A stretch of 64,000 nucleotides of DNA, taken from NCBI GenBank assembly GCA_002189035.1, contig NEEC01000014.1, positions 1,674,001 to 1,738,000 on the forward strand. Reading direction: 5' to 3'. Under the pieces are notes generated by a model that searched no databases, had not been told where the DNA came from, and saw only the letters and a list, made by a program, of their open reading frames with translations. This document shows, piece after piece, positions 1 to 12,619 of this stretch. The stretch's first letter is position 1, and every line of letters starts with the position of its first letter. The position numbers and the translations under genes are program-made. This DNA is from Utricularia gibba. Its lineage: Eukaryota; Plantae; Magnoliophyta.

Positions 1-3
1 TAG

Positions 4-2182
4 GTGCGTTTGAAGATACCAGCATTGTTCACGTTGATGATACTGTAGATCCTGTGAGAGATTTAGAGACCATCTGTGCAGAACTACGTTTGAAGGTGTG
101 ACAAACGGATTTTTCACTTGGTATAGCTATCTATGCCTTGTACAAAAGAGGCGGAAATGGTGCCACATCTCTCATTTGAAATGTCGAGTGCTGTTATAGT
201 TTTTGGATTCCGATGAGGAATGGGGTTTTCTTGAGTTCTAATGTAATATGAATATGCAATATTAGGATCTAGAGTTCATGGAGAGGAGGATTGAAGATCT
301 TGAAAAGAGCATGAAGAGGAGCAATGATAAGCAACTAAAAATTGAGCATGAGCTCTGTGTTCGGGTTTGTGTTTTAAATTTTCATTTTATAAGCTAGAAT
401 TGGGAAACCAAATTGATTCTCCGTCTTTTCACAGTGTTTTCATCTTATGGTGGTTGTGCATCTGATGCATTTTGGTATTTATTATAATCATTCTAAAGGT
501 AAAAGGATCTCTAGAGGAGGGTAAAGATGTTCGCTTGGTTGATTGGAAAGCTGCGGATGTTGAAATCTTGAATACTTTCCAGTTGCTAACAGCGAAGCCT
601 GTTGTTTACTTGGTGAGTTGAAAATTATGAACACATATAGGAATCGGTAGAAAATTCATATTAGTAGCACGTATTTTATATTTTGTTGAAAATTCATGAG
701 AACCTAGACACTATATGTATGATTATTTTCTTACTAAATTTTCATTCTAATTTCTGTATTTTCTACAGGTAAACATGAATGAAAAAGATTATCAAAGAAA
801 AAAGAACAAGTTTCTTCCAAAGATCCATGCTTGGTACTTTTCAGTAATATGCAAATGCTGTCTTTATTATCCTTTGGTTTGGGACCTATGAAGCCATATT
901 CTGATGCATAGTTTAGTGTTACTGAGAACTATTATCACATTATGTTACCCAGTGGCCCAATGATGTTACTGAATATTTTCCTTCAGCAGTTTTTTGATCG
1001 AGTACTTGTAGATGCTTTGTTCATCTTATCCCTTTTTTATTTTTCAGGGTTCAGGAGCATGGTGGTGAAACTATAATTCCTGTCAGCTGCGCTTTGGAGT
1101 CCAAACTCGCTGATATGTCTCCAGATGAAGTTGCAAAATACTGTGAGGAAAACCAAGTTCAAAGGTTTGATTCACGATAATATGCTTTGAGTAACATAGG
1201 TTGCAACTATGATGTTCCTGAATGGAACAGCTGTCCTTTAAGATGTGACTTTGCGATGAACACATTAATGCACACGAAGTATCCAATACATGTGATGCGT
1301 CGAGTGCTTCTGAAAGAGGAAATAAAGTTTTTTGTCGCCTTCTGAGTGCTTCGTTACTGAACTGAAGTTACGTCTGGCTGTTTTCAAGCTGGATAGCCAC
1401 TTGGTGAGAATTGAAATTGTTGGGTGGGATTTGAAATGTCCCAAGACATGAGGTGGTTATATTAGTGTAGCGGCTGTTTGTGCTGTTCTGCGCACCTTGT
1501 ATCTGTCTGTTTGTAGGTGGTTGTTTTCTTCTTTTCAGCTCCAGCTTCCATCATGTCCATTCTTTACAAAAATCTGCATTCAGATATTTTAGTCCATCAG
1601 TAACTAATCATGAACGACATCTGTCTGTGTTGCACTGCAGCGTCCTTCCAAAGGTTATAAAGACTGGATTCTCTGCTATCAATCTGATATACTTCTTCAC
1701 TGCTGGTCCAGATGAGGTATCCTGATTGTTTCCGTGCTACCAGTCAATTAAGCCAAGGATTCCATAAACCACCATGATTTGCTTGCAGGTGAAGTGCTGG
1801 CAAATTCGTCGGCAAAGCAAGGCACCTCAAGCAGCTGGAACTATCCATACTGATTTCGAGAAAGGTTTCATTTGCGCTGAGGTACTTGCATGCCTTTCAA
1901 CTGTTTTCGACATCCAAACGTGCCTTGGTGTTTTCATCCCTCTTTCGATCTTTATAGGTTATGAAGTTCGAAGATCTAAAGGAACTCGGAAGTGAATCTG
2001 CGGTGAAGGTAAGTCTATCCTACACACACTAGCACCGTTCATATATAAAAAGAGTGATTGTAAACAGCTCAACTGCTATTCAGGCATCTGGGAAGTATCG
2101 GCAGGAGGGCAAGACCTATGTTGTCGCAGATGGAGATATCATCTTCTTCAAGTTCAATGTTTCAGGTGGTGGGAGGAAGTAA
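4..2182 (+). CDS. OLA1: Obg-like ATPase 1 (OLA1/YchF), 3' part; 5' end lies outside the window
   Basis: GT-AG exons translated by hand: [140 protein letters not shown]. Stop TAA at 2180-2182. Confidence 0.96.
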
Positions 2183-2483
2183 TGGGGACCTTCTTCATTT
2201 TCTTTTTGTGTGTGTACTTGGTTATAGTTATTGAACTCATGAGCGCGCATGTGTTTTGTCCGGAATCACATTGCGGTATCTTGATCATTGAAATGGTATC
2301 TGCTGCACTAAGACTGATCCAGGGAATGAATGAGTTGATAGTCATATTCTGATTTAAATGTCAACAATCTGACCCAATCCTCAAATGAACAAGAAAAGGA
2401 GTGTGATGGCACAAACCCCATCAAGATTATTGTACCAGATGTATGACACTGCATCACGGCTGCGCAGGCATAGAAAAGATCCA

Positions 2484-3041
2484 TCAGACTGATAGACCAC
2501 AGGATTCGGCCTCGAGATACTTGCAGATCCTCTCCATAACCTCTCTGCCTTTGGAGCTGTTCTGTTGGAACCTGTCGGCACATGAGCGCTCTATCTTGCC
2601 AGCCATTGATGCCAAGCTTGATAGAGGTTTTATCCTTATTCTCGTCTCCTGCCTACACAGCGTCCATCCTTCAGGATTATCGGGATGGGGGTCGTACCTC
2701 ATCTTTTCTTCCACTTCAACGAACTTATCAAGACTGACATTTCGGGTGGTGAGTTCCATGCTGCGAGATTTAGCATCAACGGCAGTTGATTCCACACAAT
2801 GGCACATATCCTGCCCAATTATTTTTCGGACAATCCATGGCCCTGGAACATGAATAGTTACACCCCTGGTTATGTACAATTTGCCGGAACTAGGCTCAAC
2901 CTTGTGATTCAAAGTATCAACCTCAAGGATATGAGAAAGAATCTTTTTGTTTTCTGGATCTGTATACTTTCGCCATGATGCAGCAGTCACTCTTTCCCAT
3001 GGGTGTTTGTATGTGTGTTCCTGGGAGTATGCCCTCACCAT
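2484..3041 (-). CDS. PRELI/MSF1 (Ups/slowmo-type) mitochondrial intermembrane-space lipid transfer protein, CDS without introns
   Basis: ORF MVRAYSQEHTYKHPWERVTAASWRKY...VEEKMRYDPHPDNPEGWTLCRQE...FQQNSSKGREVME matches the PRELI/MSF1 pattern. ATG at 3041 lies 1 nt after a CAG acceptor of a predicted 5'UTR intron (3043-3772). Confidence 0.92.
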   Translation of the reverse strand: MVRAYSQEHTYKHPWERVTAASWRKYTDPENKKILSHILEVDTLNHKVEPSSGKLYITRGVTIHVPGPWIVRKIIGQDMCHCVESTAVDAKSRSMELTTRNVSLDKFVEVEEKMRYDPHPDNPEGWTLCRQETRIRIKPLSSLASMAGKIERSCADRFQQNSSKGREVMERICKYLEAESCGLSV

Positions 3042-5599
3042 CCTGCATTTTGAGTTTCGAGCATTTAGATAAACGAACGCCAAGCAAGGAGACTATCATG
3101 GAAGTGTAGAGACAAAAAGGTAGTTCTTTATGCAAAGCGAAGAATAGAGGGGACAAGAAAATGCAAAAAAAGCACGACTAATTATGACATAGAGAAGCTT
3201 GGTGCCGTATCAGAATGGCATCTGCAGTGGTTTGCTTAAGCTCCCAAATATGTGTTTTTTTTTCTATCGTGATCACGAAATAGCCAAAAAAAAACAGATG
3301 GTTCGTTTCTCCAACCATTACATAACACAGAAAAGGGGCATGAAGCTCGAGCAAGCCAGAATACAGCATAAAATAATTTAAATGCATTGGCTACTTAACA
3401 CAAGCAAAAATGCACGCATCAGAGTTTCTGGACAAGAAAACAATATGGACCATGCTACATCAATATCATCGATTTTGCACGAGTAACTACAAACACATTC
3501 ATGCTAGCAATAACAAGTAAAAATGCAAGCCAAGAACCGCAAGAAGTTGTTTTGGATGATTCTTCTTAATACCTTTGCATAGAAGAAACTCTAGTAAAAT
3601 TTCAATCAAAAGCAAGAAACCAAGACAAAAAAGGATCCGTGTTGAGATGATGAAGGGGAAAACAAAACACATACAATTGTCAATACCCAAACATCAAGAA
3701 ATCAAGCTTATGAGCTCATCAGAACCAAAATCAAGCTTCGAAATCAAAAATCGAGGAGCGGAAGAAACTCACCCGTGCAAGCACAGAGGACTCGACAGCC
3801 AATCTGGCGAACCCTAAGTCCCGTCGTGGAGGACGGAGGGGAAAAACCACCGGCAAAGGGTTTTTAGGGCATTTCCGTCTTTTCCTTCCCCCCCAAAATG
3901 ACCAAAATGGGTTTCCCTGACAGTCGTCTTCTTGCCGTTGAAATTCAGTAGACATTACTAACCATTTCATTTCTTAAATCCCAACTACCAAATAAAACGA
4001 TTTCCCCCAATTTAAAAATAAATTCAAATCCCCCAAATTAAGTGGAGTGTCTGCATTTAAAACAACCATTGCAAATTTGCAAATTATGGAAGTTTCCCAT
4101 AAGAATACCATTATTATTTCTGTAATAATCTATTCCCTACCCAAACATGGAAAACATTTTTTAATTGCTTTTTTTAAGAAAAGGGGAGATGATTAATTGC
4201 CCATTTGAAGTAGGCAGATGAGGGAATTAAATGAGTGGTAGTGGGTGTGAAATCAGGGAGGTGTGACTACTTGTATTGTACCTATGGACCAGTCCAGTCC
4301 AGTGCATGTGACACTTGTTATTCTTCCTCCCCATTAAGCGCACCCAACACACACAAGATAAATGAACTATTGCATTATACACCTGACCCTCCACCCCAAC
4401 TTATTCACCTCTACCCTACTCCCCCACCACCCTACCAGCAACACAACCCTCCATCTTAGCCCTAAAAATTATGAGATGATTTACAAATCCAACTATCTTG
4501 TGCATAAGGCAATTCTATATCAATTTCTTGTGTTAGGGTGTGAGAGATGCATTAGGAATGCCCAATTTGTAAATGACCTAGAATTAAAAAGTTTGAGAAG
4601 CGAATTGGAGGAGGACTTGCCTGTAACTGTGCGCGATTGTATACTGAGGTGCTTCCCGCCGGCCGATTGTTGGAACGACGAGCGCCGGTCGGGTATCGAT
4701 TCGGAAAAATGATGGATGGACCGAAGGCCTCTTCTTTCGGTCGAATTCTCACCGTTAGGTTGAGCCTGGTTTGATAACGAACGATGTGAGAGGAAAGAAG
4801 ACGGTCGACCGTGGCGGGATCGGGCGGAGGGGTAATTGAAGTCCGATCGATCAAAATGCTATCGGGGATGTTGAAGGTGAAATATGGATCGAAGGTAAGA
4901 ATCTAAATTCGTCTTTCAAAAAATGAATTTAATTAATATCAATTATTTTCTTAAATAATTTTTATATTATTTAATTGTTGGTTTACAAGAACAATTTTTT
5001 AATAAACATGGTTATTAAATAGAATTCTTGAAAATTAATAAACATAAACGAATTTATATTTATATTATAGGATGCACACATTAGTCAAATTAGCGAAAGT
5101 CGACTACTGTGCATGTGGGTTGTGAGGACGATGGCTTCTGACCCTAGTATGATTTATTTTCGAATTAGGTACAATTATAATTTCCTTGAAATTCGAACGG
5201 AAGCCCCTACAGGGTCGGGTCGAGTTCGGATCCACGATGCCGGATCCTTTTCTCTGTGTTCACAGGGGATGATGATAGAGGAAGAAAGGACCCCTTGAAG
5301 GAGAGCTGCTCCGGCGCCTGGGAGATTCAGGAATAGTGAGAAGTGTGTGGATGGATGGATGCATGGGATGATGCAGTGTGTTCAAGCCGTCACGGTGCAA
5401 TCAGCGGCTTGGCTGGAGAGACGATCAGATCAAACAATAATGGTGCTCTGCTGGAAGAATTTAATGCATCAAATTTCAAACCCCGACATTTATTTATTTC
5501 TCTCCCAGCAACTCCCCTTCCCTTCTCTGCGTTTTGACCTTGCAGTCAGTTCTCTCCCCTTCAGCCACAAGAACATTTTGCGAATGTGATAACAGAAGT

Positions 5600-6999
5600 A
5601 TGAGGGGGGTGCGCATTGAAATCAAAGATGCAGCACTTGTTTCTCCTTCTAACCAGAGTCAGTTCTTGATTTTTTTGCCACCTCCGCCTCCATCTGAGCC
5701 CTATGAGTTCAGACTGAACAGCAGAGTGAGTCCAAGTGTACTCCTAATCATCGTGATTCTTGCCGTTATCTTCTTCATTTCTGGGCTTGTTCATCTCCTG
5801 GTTCGCCTCTTGCTAAGGCCACCGAACCGGGAGCCTGATGATGGGGACAATGTAACTGCTCTCCAAGGGCAGCTGCAGCAGCTCTTTCATTTGCATGATT
5901 CTGGTGTTGATCAGTCTTTCATTGATGCTCTCCCTGTTTTCAATTACAAATCCATCATAGGGTTGAAAGACCCTTTTGATTGCGCTGTCTGTTTGTGTGA
6001 ATTTGAGGCTGACAACAAGCTTAGGCTTCTCCCCAAATGCAGCCACGCCTTTCATATGGACTGCATTGACACTTGGCTCTTGTCGCACTCCACTTGCCCT
6101 CTCTGTAGAGCAAGCTTGCTCCCTGATTTCTCACAAAGCACCAATTTTTCTCCTGTTGTTCTTCTTCTTGAGTCTGGGCCTAATGGAGAGAGCTCTCGGG
6201 AGATGGTTTCAGACAGGGAGCAGGAAATCGCAAGGACCAATTCAAATGCAAGAGTGAGCTCTCGTTTGTGCTCTCGTCCGGAGAGTTTCAGATCTATTGA
6301 AGTTCCGGCGAAAATTGGGGAGACACATGGGGAGATTCTGAGCTCCGGCGAGAAAGTTCTGCAGGTGAAACTAGGGAAATTCAAAACTGTCGACGGAGGA
6401 AGAGGAGAATGCAGTAACGACAACACTTCTCCCGACGCAAGAAGATGTTTTTCCATGGGGTCTTTCGCTTATGTAATGGATGAAAATTCTTCTCTTCAAG
6501 TTCCGATTCGAACTCCCCCGCCCAACAAGCTGCAACCCAGTACCAGCAAAAAGCCTTACCTGCCGCTGACCCCGCGCCACCGCCACGTCCTGTCGGAATG
6601 CGGCGGCGCGGAACTCAGCGTTATCGACGGATTCAAGATCCTCGAGTTCCCCAGCAGCAAACCCGTCAGCAAGGAAAGCTTCTCCTTTTCAAAGATATGG
6701 GTACGGGGAAGAAAGACGCCGCGTCGGATCCTTGTCGACGAGCGGTATCCCTCCGTTTCCCGGAGCAGATAAATCCAGGTTCCGGCGACGAGGTCAAGGA
6801 GAAGAACAACAGGAGAACAACTTCGGAGATCCATATGAGTAGATGGGCAAGTGACTCAAGACACCAAGAAGAAACCCAGAGCAATTTCAGTTCAGATTAT
6901 CATCAACCAAACCCCCCATCTCTTGCCAGAAGAACTCTTCAGTGGCTCATGGACCGGAGACCGACCAGAAACGTCCGCCCCTTTTCCGGCAACCCGTAG
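5600..6999 (+). CDS. ATL13: ATL-family RING-H2 E3 ubiquitin ligase (ATL13/ATL49-like), intronless; apparent 1-nt frameshift at 6705-6708
   Basis: N-terminal TM segment (VLLIIVILAVIFFISGLVHLLV), DSGVDQSFIDALPVF (GLD-like box), RING-H2 CAVCLCEFEADNKLRLLPKCSHAFHMDCIDTWLLSHSTCPLCR. The conserved tail (RRAVSLRFP...PSLARRTLQWL) is in the frame ending at 6999. Paralogue assignment is approximate. Confidence 0.88.
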
Positions 7000-8198
7000 T
7001 CGCACCCCTTCTCCCCCCATGTATTGCATTTGATTCCTTGGACAAACTACAATAACATATTGCCGGGTGATCATGAACGCAGCTACCGATCAGTGCAGGC
7101 AGCCCAACACAACACAATCCCATCCTCAAGACGCCCCTCCTTTTACCCATCAACCTGGCACAGGCATTTTGGTATAGGTTTTCAATCTGGTTCCGGTTTT
7201 TTTTACCCGTTTAACGTGAAAGGGGATCCATAAGCAGAGGAAGATGCAGGGGGCGGGGCAGGTGAGATTGAGTGAAAGCAGCTCCCACCCAGTACTGTAC
7301 TGTCCCGGGGCATTTAAGACCATTGAGGCTACTGTTCATAAAGCAACCTATTTTTAGTCAATTATTAAAATAAATGGAAAAAAGTATTATTATTTACGAA
7401 AAATACATCCAACAACTCCTTGATCAACTGCCACCCAACATGTAATAACAAGTTGCCCACCCCATTCAACAATTTTTAAAGCTCTTCCCTTCAATTTAAA
7501 TTACTCCAATACATATACTAGTCAATTAAATAACTATTTATATGTAAATTATTGAAAAATCGAATTAAAAATTATGTATTAAATCCAATTTAATGTTAAT
7601 ACATGGTTAAAATGGGCCTCTATATATTTAAACATAATTAATATTATTCAAACCAATATAAAAGAAATTTAAATATATGAATAAATCGAAAAATAGAAAT
7701 CATTGGGCAATAAATGGGCCTCCATCCGTGTGGGCTGGGCTTGATAAATATAAAGGGACCTCTATAGGATCAATATTCATTTTTTTTAAATTAATTGATG
7801 ACTTTTTATTATTCTTTTTTTAATTATATTAATGTAACGACATTATTTGATGTAATATTTGTTCAATTAGAAATTATGAGCTCCACACGACAGGATAGAA
7901 ACAACGGCAATATAGCATGTGCTGCAGTTTGATACACGTGACGTAATTTGACTGGGCCATGCTCATTATTATACTAATATATGATACATATAAGTATTTT
8001 ATTTATTTATCGAAATAATTTCAATAGAATGTAGCATTGAAGTTGCAGTGTGGGTTGCATGGATCTCTTTATCTCTGGTTTTGTATGATGGGAATTTGCG
8101 TTTCATTCATATGGAATGGGGAAGTCTCTTTGCGTGAAAAAGGGCAAGCCTTTGTAACACCAATTTACAACATGAATCCTGATGTGCAGCAAGATTTG

Positions 8199-9562
8199 CT
8201 ACTGCAGATGGTCGTATCCCATGATGTGATCTTGATACACTTGGTCTGAGTGATGATGTGCCGTGTTCGGAGACTCCCAGGATGAGTTGAAAGATGAGGA
8301 ACTGGCTTCCAGTTGGGCTGACAGGCATCCCATGTTGTCTTGCGATCCACTGAGACACCCCTTTTCAGCTGTCTGAATCTTCTCTTCTGTGCAAAAGCCA
8401 TACGGTGTGTAGTTGAGTAGAAGATCTTCAAGTTCATTCTCAGTGAACCCTGCTGCATTCAACTCATCGTGCTGCTTCACAGCTGCTGCAGGGTGACAAT
8501 AGGGGTTGGTGAAGAAGGAGAAAGGTGAACTGTTGCTGAAGGTTTGAAGCCTCGTCTGAAGCTGAAGCCTTTCCATGGTCGAGCTGCTCATGTTCTGCAA
8601 ACCGTGGCTGTTGCTTTCTTCGGCTGCGTCCCGATTCACGCCCAGTCGCCTTCGTCTGCCCAGCAATTTTTTTTTCAGCCTCGTGTTCCAGTAGTTCTTG
8701 ATGTCATTGTCCGTCCTTCCAGGGAGCTGAGCTGCAATTATGGACCACCTACACAATACATTCAGATCACTAATCATCAAACACCATGCAAAACGCCTCC
8801 TGCATTTCTAAGTAGAGAAAAACTGAGAATACACAATCTGATGAGTTTATGTTCGATTCTCGTTTTGAAAATCTGTATACATTAACTGGCAGATTAACCA
8901 CAAGAATGGATTCATTGGTTTGTGGTTCAGTTCGATTTTAGGTTACAAAAGTTTCCAGTGAAAATCAAGTAACATTAACCTAATGGTTAACACACCTACT
9001 CCCTTGAAGGTTTTTTGTCATGGAAAATGGGGAGAAGAGTAACTTAGACTGGGAAGGGAAGTACCAATTCTCATACTTTGGATTAGGAAAAGAATCACTT
9101 GTTTGCAATCCAACTCATAAAATTTTCATATCAGCATCCAACCAGGCAGCAGGAAAAAAAAAAGATTCTTCATTGACTGTCAGTGTGTGCTATGAGTAGG
9201 TATTTAAGATGAAGACCTGCTTCCAATACTCATGTACAAGCTAGAGATGATGCTGTCTTCTTCTTCAGTAAATCCACCGTGCTTGATATCAGGTCTCAAG
9301 TAGTTAAGCCATCTAAGCCTGCAGCTTTTCCCACATCTCTTCAGCCCTTCAAACAAAAAAAGAGAGAAAAAAACTTTCAGAAAAAACTTGAAACACAAAG
9401 GAAATAAAACACATTGTTAGATATACCGATTTTGGCCGGCAGTGCGATCCAGTTGCCACCGGTTCCGTACTTATCGATGTAGTTCTTGAGCAGAGCATCC
9501 TCTTCAGGAGACCATGGCCCTTTCTTGACTCTCGCCTTGTCACAGCAAGGAGCTCTCCCCAT
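8199..9562 (-). CDS. R2R3-MYB transcription factor, subgroup 14 (RAX/MYB36/Blind-like), 3 exons
   Basis: [45 protein letters not shown] / [31 protein letters not shown] / [29 protein letters not shown]. Canonical introns in matching phase. Confidence 0.93.
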
Positions 9563-12209
9563 CCTCTGGCTTTGCTTCTTTGCCTGGTTCTTTCTTGCAA
9601 AAAAACACTTGGATGGAATAGATCAGGTGTTTTGTTTTTGCTGGGAATGCTGTGCAGCAAGAGAAGACCGGGCTTTATAGGTCAGAGCGTGATGATGATG
9701 TGATACCAAAGGGGGCCGCCTAAAAAAAGTCTTACTGGAAACATCATCTTTTCAAGAATTTCTGCGCACTCTCAAAACTCAGCCACCATCATCACGGAAA
9801 TTAAGTAGTTATGGAATAAAGGATCTATAGTAGCTGAATAGAAGTTTCGGGAGATCAATACTAATGCTAAAATCTATGTAACTTTATAGTAGCTCCATTC
9901 ACCTGCAAATTTTTGTTATCCAGGGAATGAGCTCGGCCCAATCTGGGGTGAAAACACACGCCGCCGTGTCTGCTCCGTGATCTCCAAGCACACACGCCCT
10001 TGATCAAATCGGCTGGATCGACTCGAGAGTTCACGGTATTTTACAATTCACACCAGTGGTTTGCAACTTAGGGTTTAGAATCTGATTGGTTGGGTAGCAG
10101 CTACCACATGAGTTGTCACAGGTAAAGGTCAAGCATTTGTTGTGCAAGGTACTGACTACTGAGTGAGAGAGAGAGTGAGAGGGACACGGTAGATACAGGC
10201 GGAGAAATGGGGCCGGAGGCGCACTGAGTGATGAACATTACAAGGAGAAAACCCTCAAAAAAGAATTGCAATAAAAGAAAAAGGAGAGGCAGGGAATAAT
10301 CAATCGTCAAGCAAATGCCGTGTTTGTGGTAATAATAGTGGCCGGAGTTTTCTGCTTGTCTGTCTCTCGACTTCGGAATCTCTCTACTCACTTTCCAGCC
10401 TTCATGCATCGCTTACAAGACCCATCTCTTGTATCAGGACCCATGAGCCCTCGTCTGGTTAGAAAATAGTACAGGATCAACGGAGACACCTTGGGCAAAT
10501 CCCTGATCAACTGTCGGCGGGGAAGAGCGAAGCCGAGACAGGGAGTGCATCATCTATCCTTGTCGACATGACCCCTCTCAGAGCATTACATATGGCGATA
10601 GTAGTTTAAGGCCTGCTTTCTTGATCATTTTTGAATTGAGTAGTCCAGACTGTAAACAATATTCAAGAATCGCTGTAGAACCTGAGTTCCAAAAATACAA
10701 GAATTGAATTCTGGCACTTAGGATTAGGGTGACCTTCAACTTCTAGGGGCGATTATTCATGGCTTGAAGCTGCAACTTTCAGAGGCTGTGGATGTTCACA
10801 CAGCGAGACTTTTCAAAGATCTGAGCTCGAACTACACAAAAAAATGACACACTTTTCATTTTGATCATTCTAAAATCAAACCCTGATCTTTCTCTCTTCA
10901 TTTCTCTTCATTGGTATGATGAGAGTACGGGGTACGTGGACAGTGAAATCACATGAGGTTTGGTAGACGTGAAGGGAATGTCGGGAGGAGACACCTGTGG
11001 CAAGGACGAGGCAATGAGTGCCCCAGATCAGGATATGCATTGAGATCAATGGAATGGAATGGAATGCACACCGTTCTTTCTTGTTTTCCTCTTTTCGTAC
11101 TCCATTCCTCACCCCCCACTGCTATTTCGACTCATTACTTGGAATTTGGGACACACATTTTTGCCCTTTTCGGCTTCCCCTTTCGACTCAACTACTGCCT
11201 TTTCCAGATGCATCACTCATTCATTCATTCTTTCCCTCTGCTTTGTCTCTTCCATAACCATTCCCTTCATCTCCCACGAGGCACACCCGCATTCACCAAC
11301 ACGACGTCGTTTCTTTTTAGTGTTTTTTTTTAATCATAGAACTGGTGGATCCCAGAGACCAAATGACAACACTCAAAAATTACAATATATACGTATTATT
11401 TAAATTATAAATTTGGATTAATTTGATATCACTAAAATTTTAATACAAGATAAAAATAATCCTACCTAGAATATTATGATCAAAATTAGTTCATAACAAT
11501 TAAGATTTTTAAACCTTTGATCTGAGTTTGAAGAACTTCTGGATGCTTTGTAAATGATGGGAAGAATGATTCAAATCTACCACGAACAAACTATCATACT
11601 TTGATAATAAACCGGTTTCTAATAATCGAGATCTTGAAACTTTAGATTGATCAATATAGATCTAAATCTTTATACCTCTAATCTTTATTCCAATACAATC
11701 ATTTCTTTCAATGTCATGTACACTCCCATGTAATATTTGTTATAAAAAACCTAGTTTTCTTAGATTCAAATGGCCGTTGAATTCAAGAATCCGATAGTTC
11801 AGGTTTACATTATCAAATAATTGTTAACGTACATTTTGATCTTATAAACCACCTCAAAGCTTATGTTATGATATGTTTTTTTTTTATTTCATGATAACAG
11901 CAATCCACATATGCAGAGGCATTAAGCACGTTTTTTTTTAGTTGTAACATTTCTAACACAGAGGAATCATCATGTGCATGCACTTCAAATGTTTCTGGAC
12001 ACAGGAGCATTGATGCGAGAATGATGTTCTTTAAGAAAAGCAGAAACGAGGGAGAGGGACGACTAAGCATATCAGTGATCACAAACGCATTTCTCAGCAA
12101 ACGGTGTACCATCAAATCCAGGGCTGTGTATCAGTTTATTTAGACGAACAGTTCTTCACATCTGATGACATGAATAATCCAATGCGAAACCTCGAATTTC
12201 CACCATGGA

Positions 12210-12619
12210 TCAAAGCCTCAGGGACAAGTCGAGCTGGCTCAACTCCTCTTGGCGATGAGCAACACCCTCGTTCGTGTCTCGGGTCGATCCAGCCCCAGTC
12301 TCTCGGTTCCAGGGATTCACCGGCAGGGGAGAGGCATCCCTGGAAGCTGGTGCCCGGTGCCGGAATCAACCCCAAGCTCCCTGCTTTTCTTGGCGAGAGT
12401 TCTCTCCAGTTTGTGGGCGTTTTGGTGTCCCCCAAGAGCTTGTGAGCTGTAAAACTTTCTTCTGCAGTAGTTACAAGAGAAAACCCTCTGCTCGACGGGG
12501 CTGGACGGAGGCGAAACGGTCGGCAACACCATCGTCGAAGGGTCGTGGCATAGATCGAGGTTCAGAGGGCGGCGTGGAGATAGAATGAGTTTAGGCGATG
12601 TTCTCCCATCGCAGTTCAT
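12210..12619 (-). CDS. Single C2H2 zinc-finger protein (QALGGH type) with C-terminal EAR motif; apparent 1-nt frameshift at 12326-12329
   Basis: [27 protein letters not shown]. The shifted frame reads [38 protein letters not shown]-stop (TGA 12210-12212), the typical LDLSLRL EAR terminus. Confidence 0.88.

Noticed and set aside
4200-4460. G-rich then C-rich mirrored block
   Set aside because: The arms are complementary only in composition; I could not find exact colinear matched blocks.
10970-11269. Resemblance of the fold-back blocks (TGAAGGG, ACTCATTCA) to a miR159/319 precursor
   Set aside because: Block order is the reverse of that in miR159/319 hairpins on both strands, and there is no mature TTGGA(C/T)TGAAGGGAGCT sequence.
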